Source: Setoptus koraiensis (taxonomy: Eukaryota > Animalia > Arthropoda). From it: a stretch of 64,000 nt of DNA. The stretch covers positions 18,662,001-18,726,000 of the forward strand of contig CM106585.1 in assembly GCA_048013815.1 (NCBI GenBank). The letters run 5' to 3'. The notes under the pieces were generated by a model, which did no database searches, was not told where the DNA came from, and worked only from the letters and a program-made list of their open reading frames with translations. How positions within the stretch are numbered: the stretch's first letter is position 1; each line of letters starts with the position of its first letter. The position numbers were made by a program, and so were the translations under genes. Shown here in pieces: positions 33,078 to 43,742 of the stretch.

Positions 33078-35206
33078 CACATCGCTAGCAAACGATTTAT
33101 GGCCAGTATGAGGAAGCGTTAGCCGAGTTTTTATCCGCCGCGCCTAGCCTATTGGTTGCATTAGCATTTTGCGTTCCTCTTCTTGAATATGACTCATCAA
33201 CATTGTGATGCCCATAGCTGAGTAGCATAGTAGTTGAATAAACCTGAATTAGAGGCACTGTTTGTCGAAAGAAAAGGAAAGAAGAAGAAGTTTCTCAAGC
33301 GACAGAGATTATCTCTTCGCTGTGTCCATTTGGCTCGACAGATCACCAGAATGGTCGACCAGAAAGACGCCATATGGAAGCTATCCGCACCTCCCATACA
33401 ATGTTTTCACCTGAGGCATCATATGCAAGTGATGCCGATTTGCAGTTACTTGACCAGGATGCGATTTGCACTCTATCGCAATTCCTAAGTGGAACACACA
33501 TCGGTGACACACAAGATCAGCGGTCAGATACCGATCGAAAGTGATGGTGTCACTCTCGAACTTGTGTAAGTGTGTCCTTGTGGTAAATACCCGGTCAAGT
33601 TAGAATGCCTCGACAGATAACTTTATATATATATATATATTGCAATGGTTTTTTGATACCACAAACACTGTGCCACTAAAGTAAATGAATAATTATAAAT
33701 AGATAAATGTATGAATGTTGCTGGTGCCGTTGATCATTGCTGTTGGTGCAATCCATTTGAATGAATTCAATGAAACTGCTGCTGTCTAGCTAACAAACGC
33801 ATAAACACTGTCCCTGATTCTCATAACCTGTAACCGGTGTTATGTCAACCTTAGCATTATTATTATTATCTGTTTGAAGAGTTGCCAGTTTAATGCTTGC
33901 CTATTCTTAGAACTGACCAAACTTCGGTGCATTTCGTCATACTTTCCAGTGAACCTCGAAACCGAATAGATAAAAGCTTTTTGTTGCGTAAATTCTGTTG
34001 TTGTTTGTCACAATAATTCTCTCTTTGTGCTTGTATCTCTAGCACTTATGAGAAATGTCAACGTTGAACAATTCTTGTTCGATGGTTCGTTATTGAATAT
34101 TTGTTGTTTGTACTACTACAACAATATCAAAGAAAAAAGAAATAATGACTTAGGCAACATAATTAGCGATAACAAATTAACAATATCTCAACACTCGTGT
34201 GTTCAATGCCATTGCTGTATTGATCATAGTATGCATAGTATGTACTGCTGTATCGCATGTATATTTAGTGGTTTTGCATTCACAGATCAAAATGTAGATA
34301 AACCAGAGGATAGTGGTCAGGTAACTTTTGCTCAATCAGCGTATTCATAAATGAAGGCGACCTCGACCACTCACACCAACACTGTCTTTCGATGACTATT
34401 ATTAGACGATAAGACATGTGTTTATCATTGATTAATAGACTGGAGTCGGGCCTAGACTGATTTTTTTTTTTTCATGGAAGTTACTCTCTAGGATCGATAG
34501 AGAACGTCATCCGTCAATAACGAGATAGGTTGTCCCATTTTGTGCAAATTACGTATGCTCACATGAGACTTTTCATGAAGTAGTGCCACTGATTGTCGAT
34601 GATCTTGTTGAATGCACAAAAGCAAACGAATTTTCATATAAACGGATATACGGTCACCTCATTATCAATACATAATCAGTATGCACGCAAGCAAAATGAT
34701 GAATAATTGGTCGCCGATGATCTAGTCGGAAATGCATTATTTTGTGAAAAGTCCTTAGAACAACATGTGATTTTCACAATATAAGGGGCATTCACAAAAA
34801 AAAATTCCTTCCTAGTACCTCAGGTTTTTCGTGATTTTCACCAAGACTGCCCGACTCTTTTCACTTTTTTTATTTTATTTCTTAGTTCATTCAAAAGAGC
34901 GTCAAACCAGAAAAAAAAACGACCCCTTACCAGCATTCCTTCATGGTAAAATGGGATGCCGAAGTGAGGATTCCGCGAAAAAAGGGCGTGGCTAGAGGAC
35001 GACAAACCGGAAACAGAAAGGAACCAGAGTTCTGAGTTCACCTGAGAAAGATCTTTTCAACCCTTCATTTTTGAAAATCGAAGGCCTAAACTAATAAAAA
35101 CACTCTGGAGTGGGACAACTTCTTTAGAATTAACTCGATAGCAGCAAGATGCCATTCCATTGTAAACAATTTTATTCGTTGTGATGATTCATACAAAAAA
35201 GAAGAT

Positions 35207-38200
35207 CTAAAAAGTTTTCTCTACCAATTGTAGAAGACATTTCATATAGGGTTTGTTCAGTTGAGCAGGCAGATTTCTAGTAGAGTATGCCTCTGCAGTT
35301 GCACTCCTATTCATAGACTCTTGCTGACCATTCAGTTCTTGTATAGTTGAACCAAGCTCAGCTCTAATCTCCCTTGAAATTAGTTGACGATCTCTGGCTG
35401 TGAAATCGTCAAGAAAATAGACAAGCAGCGCTTGTGTGATTAGAATGGATAAACTCTTTTCTTGGATGTACATTAAGGTTTGCTTGTCTTTCTCATTGGA
35501 TGCGCAGTTAGTATTGTTGCTGTCCTTGTCTATCTCATCATATCTTTTTACACAATAAGAGAAAATTTGCAACAACGAGCCGTATGTCAGTGGTGTTGCT
35601 GGGTCTGTTGTTGGAATTCCAAAACTTATGCTCAACGTATGCTTCCACGACGATTTACTTAGTCCGTGCTTGGAGATCAATTCGAGAACTGTTGGGCTGA
35701 AGTTGTATATAAAAGTCAATAATACACTTAGGAGATCCATCAATGATTTTTGAGATGTCCGTATATAAAATGCCACAACCGAATGAGCTGTCTTGCTAAT
35801 TTCCTCGCTGACAGCATCGAAACATTGCTGATTCTGGCGAATCCACACGCCTTGGCGTTGATTCAACAAGCTCATTAAAGCCACAGAGAGTTGACTCTCC
35901 TCTATATCGATTGGCCTTAGATGATATCGGACTCTTTCCAACGTTTCGCATATTCTTGTACAATGTATTGTTAGAAAATTTACAGCTGTGTTGAGATATC
36001 GGTGTCCTAGGGTTGTCATTAATGATAAATTAAGTCTGATAATTTGATGATAAACAGTAACCCATGATCGCACTATGAGTTGCTGCTGAGGTTCTTGATA
36101 GGCTGAAACGATGGCCATATTTAGATGCTCTACAATATTTGTCGAATTCAAATAGTCGGCGGCCTCCTCTATAGATGATAAACATATGAGTAATTCAACG
36201 AGGGCATAACAAACATTCGAGGCTTTTCTTCTTTCTAGCAAAATGATAATAAACTGCAATATCACGTCGACTTTCAAATTTGTTCGAAGGTAGGACAACC
36301 ACAAGGTTACGTTCTTTCGACCTAGATCAATAATAAATCGCAAGGCGACAATACTTGACAGACACATACGACTTTCCACGCTTGTGTACAAGTTTGCCTC
36401 TGAGGTATTGATGAACTTTTCGAATAGTTGAATACTGAATTTCATAATTTGCATTGTTGGCACCATAAGATCTGAGAAACTGGGTATTTTCGATATTTCT
36501 TCTCTCTGTCGCATAAGGTATAGACAGATGGTTGATTGGAATGAAAGTAGGAAGGTAAATGGTAGCTGCTCTTTTGATTCTTCAACCAGATACAATAGTT
36601 TGTGAAAGGTCTTGTAGATGTCTTCAGCTGATTTCTTGGACGACAACCATTTGCCACTAACCAATAGAAGAATCTCTCCAACAAGCGCTAGGCGATCTTT
36701 TTCGAAATCTTTCTTGGTGCTCAACTGTTCTGTAAGATTGGATAACAGATCCTGCATGATGCACATTTTTGTATCATCGTTGATGGTGAAAGGCTGGTAC
36801 CGCAGATAAGACACGAGAAAGTCTCTCCATCCAATCAATGTGAGGTTATATTTTTTATCATTGACTTTACTGGTATCACTGAATGTTTCGTTGACGTAGT
36901 TTGAGTATTTGCGGAGAATATCGTTCTTGGACATTGATTCGTAAACAGTAGTCAGGCCTGGGCTGATTTTTCTCTCAGAGGAAATACCCTCCAAGAAGAA
37001 AATTTCTCTGGCGAGTAGCATGAATATATAAGAATAGAGCTTGTCCTTTAGTTTGCTCTCAGTAGTATCTATTTCTTTATTCTGCGACTGCTGAGTAGCA
37101 TCTACAAAGTCCTTCAGCGGGAATGTTATCAGTTCCCAAAAATTGGGTGCCTTCGTCAACGAGTCAACTGCAGAATGATGACGCTGCCAGAATGTGAATA
37201 TAAACTTTAACGCAGCAACGTGCAACCGCTCGGGGTGATTTGCTTGTTTGGCTCGATTTCCTTCAAATATATCCATTACTGTCGGGAGACAGCTCGCCAT
37301 TCCGTTCGCCTCGCTCAAAGATCCTCCAGCTCCAAGGAACATTTCCATTAGACCAGGTTGATGATTAATGCAAACAGATAGTAGATCGAGTATCGCAACT
37401 TTCAAATTTACGTCTTCTGTTACGGCCTCAAGCCGGGACAAGAAAAATTCGCATATTGATTCAGCCTCTGAACCTAGACAAGCCATTAACGATAGTGAAA
37501 ACTTTTTGGCTATTCTTTTTATCAACTGTACTGCAAGGCATGCCAGAATGGAATCGTACTGTTGGTAGATATAAAATAGAAGATTGGAAAGGAATCCTGG
37601 TCTCATGTTTGTAGAAAACAAGATTTTCTCGAGTTCTGTGAGAGGTGCAACAATACATTGGCTAGTATTATAAGTCCTTTCTGTCGAAATTGGCTTGATA
37701 TCACAGTAATATTCAACAGTGCTTGAGTGTGCTAGTAGATAGTTGAAAACCATCAGAGATTGGCGCAACATAATTATCTGTTTGGCTTTGGATAAATCAA
37801 GGTCACTTCCGGTGATGTCTATTGTATGTTTGATAGTCGATTCCCCATTCTTGATAGTCTCTAGTAATTGTTTGTGTGATTCATTTTGTGTCAGACCAAT
37901 GATGCAAACAATTTCCAGGTTGCTCTTCTGCTCAGTCGGCAATCTACTAATGCTTGATAGAATCTTGTGGAAGATGCCCATACACAGTCTCTTTATAGTA
38001 TCCATATCACGCATATCAGTATAACTCCATAGATGATGGGATGGGTATACCTCATTAAGAATATAGACCAAAGAGGCCAGCGCAAATTGGTCGTTTACTT
38101 CATGTTGCAAATTACTTATTATGACAGATATAAATTCTAGGAATGCAATACATAATTCGTAAGTTCCTCTTATACATTCCTCCGAGGCTATAAGTTCACC

Positions 38201-40225
38201 AATTGTTGAAGAGTTTGTGTCTTTTCCTAGAGATATTTCGTATAAATTGTGAGTAAGTCCTATCATGTAAGGCATAAATCTTTTACCCTGGAGATTAGAT
38301 ATGACATTATCAACACTCAACACCTTCTTCTGTATTTGTATAGAGATGAGTTTCAGACATGATGCCATGTACAAACGTGGAGGTCGGCGGTGCTGTACTA
38401 GAGCATCAAAGTACATATGACAAGATTGAACTAAAAGGAGAACTTGCGGACACATCGATGGTTCTAGTCTTTTCAAGGTCTCGTAACACAGTTCCGCGGC
38501 GGATGAGATTTCATTAAACTCGGTAGTGTTCAGTTGTGTAAAATCAGTGTAAGGAGAAAAGTTGATTCTCTCATTTATGGTGTGTCTAAGAATATTCCAA
38601 GCATCTAAACTAACATTTTTCCAAGTTATAATCGGGAAACTAGCGTCTTGGGTCATGTGACCTATTGTTTTTGATTTGATTATGAGGCTGTCATCGGTGA
38701 ATAGTCGATGGTCTTCCATCAATCTGTATACTCCCTCCTGTCCTAATGGCTGAAATTTTAGGTTATGGGTGTCCATTATCTCGGAATATGTACTCAAGTA
38801 TTTCATAGATTTGAAATTATGATAGCAGCAAGATGTTTTGGCAAGGGATAGGCGACAACTGATGTATGGATTCAGTTGGTAAGGAAATTTTATCCAAGAC
38901 TGAGATAATAAATTCCCAAGCGAATTCAACAGGTTATCAGAGATAATTTTGCTAGCTGACTTCTCAGATTTCAGGAGCGTTTGAATGAGGTTCTCTATAT
39001 TGGCGGTGGAATCCTGATTCATAGAGCTAATGTCGTAGAGTTCGAATAAACTGCTCAATAAAGTCCTTATGAGTTCATATATCACATTCCATACTCTTGT
39101 ATTTGCCAATCCATTCATGATATCACTATCAAGAGTATTCTTCAAAAATGCGAATACTTTTGAACGATGAGATGCCGCAATCAACTTTTGAACATCAGAG
39201 CTACTCTTCTCGAGATCGGGAAAAGCTGAAAGTTGCCAACTACGAACTATCATCCAAGCCAACCATAGTGGGGACTTTGATTGACTGTGAAATGATTTTG
39301 GATTCATGATCAGTGTGTTGAGCTCCAGTAAACTGTTGTCATCCTGAAGTAGATGATGGTCCTGCTGGTCTTCCAGCATACTTCTCGTCAAATTTTCCAA
39401 GTCGAATGTTTGAACCAATAAGATGGATTCCAAAAACATGATAAATTGTGATTTGTACTTAAGTTCTTTATCAATTTCGACATGAATGCTATTCGTATCG
39501 TCTTTATAGCTCGGATTCAAGGGGTATTTCTCGAAAAGTTCCAGAATAAGGATTATTTGTTTCAGGCTTGGCTTAATTTCATCAAAGTAGATTATCATCG
39601 TTTGGAGTAATTCTATTTGCTCTTGAATACTATGTCTAGCCCATTCAGCTAGTAGTTTATCCTGCATATATGGTCCAATTTGATTCCTGGTCGGCATCTT
39701 TTGAACGCTGAGCTGCTGGTATTGTTTCAGAAAACTGTTGAGTAATCTATCCTCTTTATTGTAGGCATCTAAAAAGCCTTTGAACATTGCTCGATATGGA
39801 TGGGTGCTGTCGGGGCTAATGTGACTCAAAATCTGTTTCAAGCTATACATGGTGAACAGTCTCTCTGCCAGATAGAAGTTGGTCAAGTTATAAAGCAGAG
39901 ACTGATTGTTTTTTTCTAAAGTACACAGTTGCTTCAATTGTGCTGGTGATCCTTTGAATTGGTTGACCAAATATAAGCACAGCAGTTCTTTGCAATGATC
40001 ATCAGATAAGTCGAGAAATTTTCTCAATTGTTCGACCACTTTTGAAACATCCATGAGATCTTTGGCAGGCTGACTGATAGCTGAGGCATCTGAATAGTAT
40101 GAATAACCTGATAATAGCTTCTCGGCGTTTTGTTCTAGCATGTTGCCTATAAATTCTCTGGACTTCATCAGTGAAGTTCCAGAAAGAACAATCCAGATGC
40201 TCTTAGATGAGGTTGGCAAATCCAT
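35207..40225 (-). CDS. NUP188: Nucleoporin Nup188, 1672 aa, intronless CDS
   Basis: N-terminus SKSIWIVLSG...KLLSGYSYY...LRKFLDLSDDHCKELLCLYL..FKG...FYLAERLF...HPYR matches Nup188; also YPSHHLWSY and ICEFFLSRLEAVTEDVNLKVAILDLLSVCINHQPGLMEMFL. A strong polypyrimidine/CAG acceptor lies 4 nt before the ATG. Confidence 0.95.
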   Translation of the reverse strand: MDLPTSSKSIWIVLSGTSLMKSREFIGNMLEQNAEKLLSGYSYYSDASAISQPAKDLMDVSKVVEQLRKFLDLSDDHCKELLCLYLVNQFKGSPAQLKQLCTLEKNNQSLLYNLTNFYLAERLFTMYSLKQILSHISPDSTHPYRAMFKGFLDAYNKEDRLLNSFLKQYQQLSVQKMPTRNQIGPYMQDKLLAEWARHSIQEQIELLQTMIIYFDEIKPSLKQIILILELFEKYPLNPSYKDDTNSIHVEIDKELKYKSQFIMFLESILLVQTFDLENLTRSMLEDQQDHHLLQDDNSLLELNTLIMNPKSFHSQSKSPLWLAWMIVRSWQLSAFPDLEKSSSDVQKLIAASHRSKVFAFLKNTLDSDIMNGLANTRVWNVIYELIRTLLSSLFELYDISSMNQDSTANIENLIQTLLKSEKSASKIISDNLLNSLGNLLSQSWIKFPYQLNPYISCRLSLAKTSCCYHNFKSMKYLSTYSEIMDTHNLKFQPLGQEGVYRLMEDHRLFTDDSLIIKSKTIGHMTQDASFPIITWKNVSLDAWNILRHTINERINFSPYTDFTQLNTTEFNEISSAAELCYETLKRLEPSMCPQVLLLVQSCHMYFDALVQHRRPPRLYMASCLKLISIQIQKKVLSVDNVISNLQGKRFMPYMIGLTHNLYEISLGKDTNSSTIGELIASEECIRGTYELCIAFLEFISVIISNLQHEVNDQFALASLVYILNEVYPSHHLWSYTDMRDMDTIKRLCMGIFHKILSSISRLPTEQKSNLEIVCIIGLTQNESHKQLLETIKNGESTIKHTIDITGSDLDLSKAKQIIMLRQSLMVFNYLLAHSSTVEYYCDIKPISTERTYNTSQCIVAPLTELEKILFSTNMRPGFLSNLLFYIYQQYDSILACLAVQLIKRIAKKFSLSLMACLGSEAESICEFFLSRLEAVTEDVNLKVAILDLLSVCINHQPGLMEMFLGAGGSLSEANGMASCLPTVMDIFEGNRAKQANHPERLHVAALKFIFTFWQRHHSAVDSLTKAPNFWELITFPLKDFVDATQQSQNKEIDTTESKLKDKLYSYIFMLLAREIFFLEGISSERKISPGLTTVYESMSKNDILRKYSNYVNETFSDTSKVNDKKYNLTLIGWRDFLVSYLRYQPFTINDDTKMCIMQDLLSNLTEQLSTKKDFEKDRLALVGEILLLVSGKWLSSKKSAEDIYKTFHKLLYLVEESKEQLPFTFLLSFQSTICLYLMRQREEISKIPSFSDLMVPTMQIMKFSIQLFEKFINTSEANLYTSVESRMCLSSIVALRFIIDLGRKNVTLWLSYLRTNLKVDVILQFIIILLERRKASNVCYALVELLICLSSIEEAADYLNSTNIVEHLNMAIVSAYQEPQQQLIVRSWVTVYHQIIRLNLSLMTTLGHRYLNTAVNFLTIHCTRICETLERVRYHLRPIDIEESQLSVALMSLLNQRQGVWIRQNQQCFDAVSEEISKTAHSVVAFYIRTSQKSLMDLLSVLLTFIYNFSPTVLELISKHGLSKSSWKHTLSISFGIPTTDPATPLTYGSLLQIFSYCVKRYDEIDKDSNNTNCASNEKDKQTLMYIQEKSLSILITQALLVYFLDDFTARDRQLISREIRAELGSTIQELNGQQESMNRSATAEAYSTRNLPAQLNKPYMKCLLQLVEKTF

Positions 40226-40551
40226 TTCGCTGATGTTAAAATAAACGAAAAAATAAGACTAAAGGTGAGGTTCCGAGTCGCAGAGATCAAGTGCAATCTC
40301 ATAATGACCGTTAACGAAATGATGATATCTGTCCACGCGGTCCTAGCAGATTCAATTTTCGTTCTTCCCCCTTTGCACAACAAAAAAGTCCACATAGTTT
40401 TTCCCTCGCAAATCTGTGTGCTTGTCAGTGTAGAAAAGGAGTGCTGTTCCCCTCCTACGGCAAAAAATCCCATTCGATTCTTCCCTCCTGAAAATCAGCT
40501 GTGGTGTTCCTGTGTCGCGCTCCCCTCTGAACGCGTGTTGTGTGCGCTCCG

Positions 40552-40607
40552 GGGAGAAAGTACAAAACCTTGGGAGAAAGTGGCTGATCGTGGGAGACAG
40601 TGGGAGA
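40552..40607 (+). promoter_or_regulatory. Helically phased GGGAGA array in the NUP188/NUP107 bidirectional promoter
   Basis: GGGAGA at 40552, 40572, 40592 and 40602 (spacing 20, 20, 10 bp). Confidence 0.5.
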
Positions 40608-40776
40608 TTGTGTGAGCGGGTGGTTTTGGAACGCCACAGAACACTGCAGACACTACAGAATAAAAATTTGAAGCGTGCTTTCTTGGCCAGAACGAAACGG
40701 CTATTTACATTTAGAATTACAATTACAGATCCGAATCTCTTAGTAACATTATCATCAACAGTGGATAACCGGCAAA

Positions 40777-43395
40777 ATGTATACTCAATCACCTTCGTTA
40801 CGATTAGCTACCTCCAGACATGCATCACGAGTTCTTAATCAAACTGCCAACTCTACTGTCAATGGCAATATATCCTATTTTTCGTTGGCAGATCAAACCA
40901 TGACCGTTCCTCATACTGTTTATTACGACGTTGATGGTCCGGCCACTATTGCAGATGAAATTGATATGCCAGTACAGAATACATTAGACAATATGTACCA
41001 GCAATTCGTTGAGGCACAAGAAAAATATTATAATGATGACCAAGCGTTTGATTTGATAAGGGAATTTGAAGATCTCAGTAGTGATTATTTACATGTGTTA
41101 ACAGACCTTAGATCGAAGCGCGTTCAGACAGATAAGGATGCCCACCTTTGCACCAAATTAGAGGCCATGCTGAAAGAGGAGAGAAACTCGTGGCGCTTGG
41201 CAAGAGCATTGTTTTCCGATCACATTAATACCATGTCAAGGGATGCAAACCAAGAGGAACAAATGGACGAAGACCGAATGTTGCCCATGTCAGATGCTAT
41301 GCTTATTGAACATTTTTATTTGCACAATCACAATGTCAGACGACTTCAACTTGTCACTGACTGGCTAGAGGCCAACGAAGCCGATGATATCAACTACAAG
41401 GCAGAATATGATCGTGCTGAGTTTTACAGTTCTGCTCATGGTGCTTGGGAAAATACATTTCATGCAATGCGAAATAGAAGCCTCATAGCTACCAATTTCA
41501 GCGGCTCAAACAATCAAGAGATTTGTCCCGCTATGGATCCCGATGCACCTATCCGAACTAAAAAGCCATTAGCTGATCTCGACAAAGAAGATGAGTATCG
41601 TTTATTTAAACAACTGTTCAAGTATATTAGAGCAGGAAAACTAGAGGAAAGTCAAGAAACGGCGCGCAAGGTGGGCTATCATTGGTTTGCTGCATCTCTC
41701 GATGGATGGCTACCGCACTCAGATCCCAACTTTGAAAATGTTGAACCTAGCCTGAACAATGATAACATACAAAATGACGACATTGTAAAGCCAATCACAG
41801 GCAACAAGAAGCGTGATATTTGGCGCTTGACATGCTTCAAAACAGCTCAAATGCACGGTTTGGCCCCATATGAAAAAGCCATACTTGGTCTCTATGGTGG
41901 AAATCTAAAATCTGTTCTTCCCATTTGCAGCCGATGGTCTGACCAATTGTGGGCTAGATTTAGATGCAACATCGATGTTTTGATTGAAAAAACCCTTAGG
42001 AATTCAGCAGTACCAACACTGGATGGTGTTCCGAGATTCACAGTTGATTATCCACCAGAATTTTATGATAACTACCAAGATCTCCCGTCTGTGTTCGAGC
42101 AAATAGAATCCCAGAAATTGAATGCCCCTTTGCGAGAAATCATGATACACAATGCCGTTCAGAAATTCTTCATATTGAATGACGTTCCAGGATTGCTAGA
42201 GCAGATGTCCAGATGGTGCAAAACGATCGATTTTGAAGATGGTCAGCAAGAAGGATTGACCCCACAATTTTTACGTTTCTTTGCCCATGTTGTGCTACTC
42301 TTACGAAAGATAAACTTTGTCAAGAGTGATAACCAACATGCTACTGAAATAATAGAATCATACATAGAGCTTTTGACTAAAACTAAGCAAATCGAGTGCG
42401 TTGCGTTTTACACAGCCACTTTGCCCAGAAGGAATCAGATACTGAGTTTCGCCAAGCTACTCAAGACAATCAACGAAAGAGACGCACGAAAGTATTGTTT
42501 GAAAGTGGCAAAAGAAACTCGTCTTAATGTTGATGAAATTACTCAGGCTGTCGTTGAATTAATACGCAATGAGGGAACTGAGTCAGATCTACCTATGATC
42601 GACAGAGAACGTGATCTGTCATCGAGAATCAACAATCTTGACAAGAGAAAAATCGAAGCCATAGACTTCTTATTATATACTGAAGATCTTAATTATATTG
42701 CTATATTACACCAAGGATGCGCGCTAATGAGACTATTTGCTATCAATAGAAAACTTGATGCCGTTAAGGAGACATTTAAAAAGCTGCCGATAAACCTCTG
42801 TGACTTAGTTCTGGAGCAATGGCGGTCGCATACAGATCAGGCGGTTCCCCTAGAACTAGAAAACGATCGTCGTGAATATCTCTGCTTCAAGGCACAATTA
42901 GAAGTTCAAGATTCAATTATAGATTGGAATCAGTACCATCAGCAGAAACCTGAGGAGCCGAGGAAACCTTCAAGTTTGACTTTCTCGGATAGCACACGTC
43001 GCTTTGCCGATAGCGTCAGTTACGAACAAAAAATGAAACAATACCAAGTGAATATTACTCAATGGAAAGAGCTTGACAAATCCAATGCCTTAAATGTGAA
43101 ATACAAAATCTTGGATTTATTTTACTTCCCCGGTGGTTGGTTCAAATTCGGCGATAGGAAAGATGAGATGAGAAAGATATACATTCCTCAATTAACCTCG
43201 ATTGTTTATAATGTTTTACATCTAAGCCAGCAATACAAAGAGTGTCTCAAGATAGCCAATGTGTTGGCTGCAGAAGAACTGGAACTTTACAAGGAATTCA
43301 CAGTTCCTCAGATAAGAGAGTTTTTAGAGAATATGAGGCAAGTGTCTCTTGCTATTCTAAAAACATGCCCCGATTCGTTGGGATACAGTGATTGA
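40777..43395 (+). CDS. NUP107: Nuclear pore complex protein Nup107, 872 aa, intronless
   Basis: EERNSWRL, RRLQLVTDWLE, WENT, MDPDAPIRTKKPLADLDKEDEYRLFKQLFKYIRAGKLEE, WAASLDGW-like motif, WSDQLWA, RKIYIP and ELYKEF are Nup84/Nup107 family motifs. Confidence 0.96.
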   Translation: MYTQSPSLRLATSRHASRVLNQTANSTVNGNISYFSLADQTMTVPHTVYYDVDGPATIADEIDMPVQNTLDNMYQQFVEAQEKYYNDDQAFDLIREFEDLSSDYLHVLTDLRSKRVQTDKDAHLCTKLEAMLKEERNSWRLARALFSDHINTMSRDANQEEQMDEDRMLPMSDAMLIEHFYLHNHNVRRLQLVTDWLEANEADDINYKAEYDRAEFYSSAHGAWENTFHAMRNRSLIATNFSGSNNQEICPAMDPDAPIRTKKPLADLDKEDEYRLFKQLFKYIRAGKLEESQETARKVGYHWFAASLDGWLPHSDPNFENVEPSLNNDNIQNDDIVKPITGNKKRDIWRLTCFKTAQMHGLAPYEKAILGLYGGNLKSVLPICSRWSDQLWARFRCNIDVLIEKTLRNSAVPTLDGVPRFTVDYPPEFYDNYQDLPSVFEQIESQKLNAPLREIMIHNAVQKFFILNDVPGLLEQMSRWCKTIDFEDGQQEGLTPQFLRFFAHVVLLLRKINFVKSDNQHATEIIESYIELLTKTKQIECVAFYTATLPRRNQILSFAKLLKTINERDARKYCLKVAKETRLNVDEITQAVVELIRNEGTESDLPMIDRERDLSSRINNLDKRKIEAIDFLLYTEDLNYIAILHQGCALMRLFAINRKLDAVKETFKKLPINLCDLVLEQWRSHTDQAVPLELENDRREYLCFKAQLEVQDSIIDWNQYHQQKPEEPRKPSSLTFSDSTRRFADSVSYEQKMKQYQVNITQWKELDKSNALNVKYKILDLFYFPGGWFKFGDRKDEMRKIYIPQLTSIVYNVLHLSQQYKECLKIANVLAAEELELYKEFTVPQIREFLENMRQVSLAILKTCPDSLGYSD

Positions 43396-43468
43396 TGGTA
43401 GCGTATTAAATAAACAGTTTGTCTCTTATCTTCACTGCTTCTGTCTCGTGTTTGTTTGTATCTGGACC

Positions 43469-43742
43469 CGACTAACTCACTCACTAACCAATAATGATTG
43501 TATTCAAAATGAGTCAAAAGTTTCTCGAGCAGATTTTTCCCTCTGATAGTTTCCGAGACGATGTTATTAACTCACTGGCCACCTCATTATTGTCATAGGA
43601 TACATGCAAATACACATGTTGTTGTTGTTGTAGACGATACCTTACTATTGCCATCGATTGCAAATAACTTCAAACAACAGATATCTGTAGTTACGCAGTT
43701 CGTTATGAATTGGGCATCAACAACATAACAACATTGTCGCAA
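43469..43742 (-). repeat. Dispersed direct repeat, copy 2 (homologous to 32764-33077), just downstream of NUP107
   Basis: Same orientation as copy 1. Retains both minus-strand donor-like motifs (GTAAGG at 43645, GTGAGT at 43575). Confidence 0.9.

Noticed and set aside
34910-34960. Hairpin followed by T9 resembling a bacterial intrinsic terminator or a Pol III end
   Set aside because: The context is eukaryotic, there are no Pol III A/B boxes or recognisable RNA, and the stem overlaps a splice-donor-like site.
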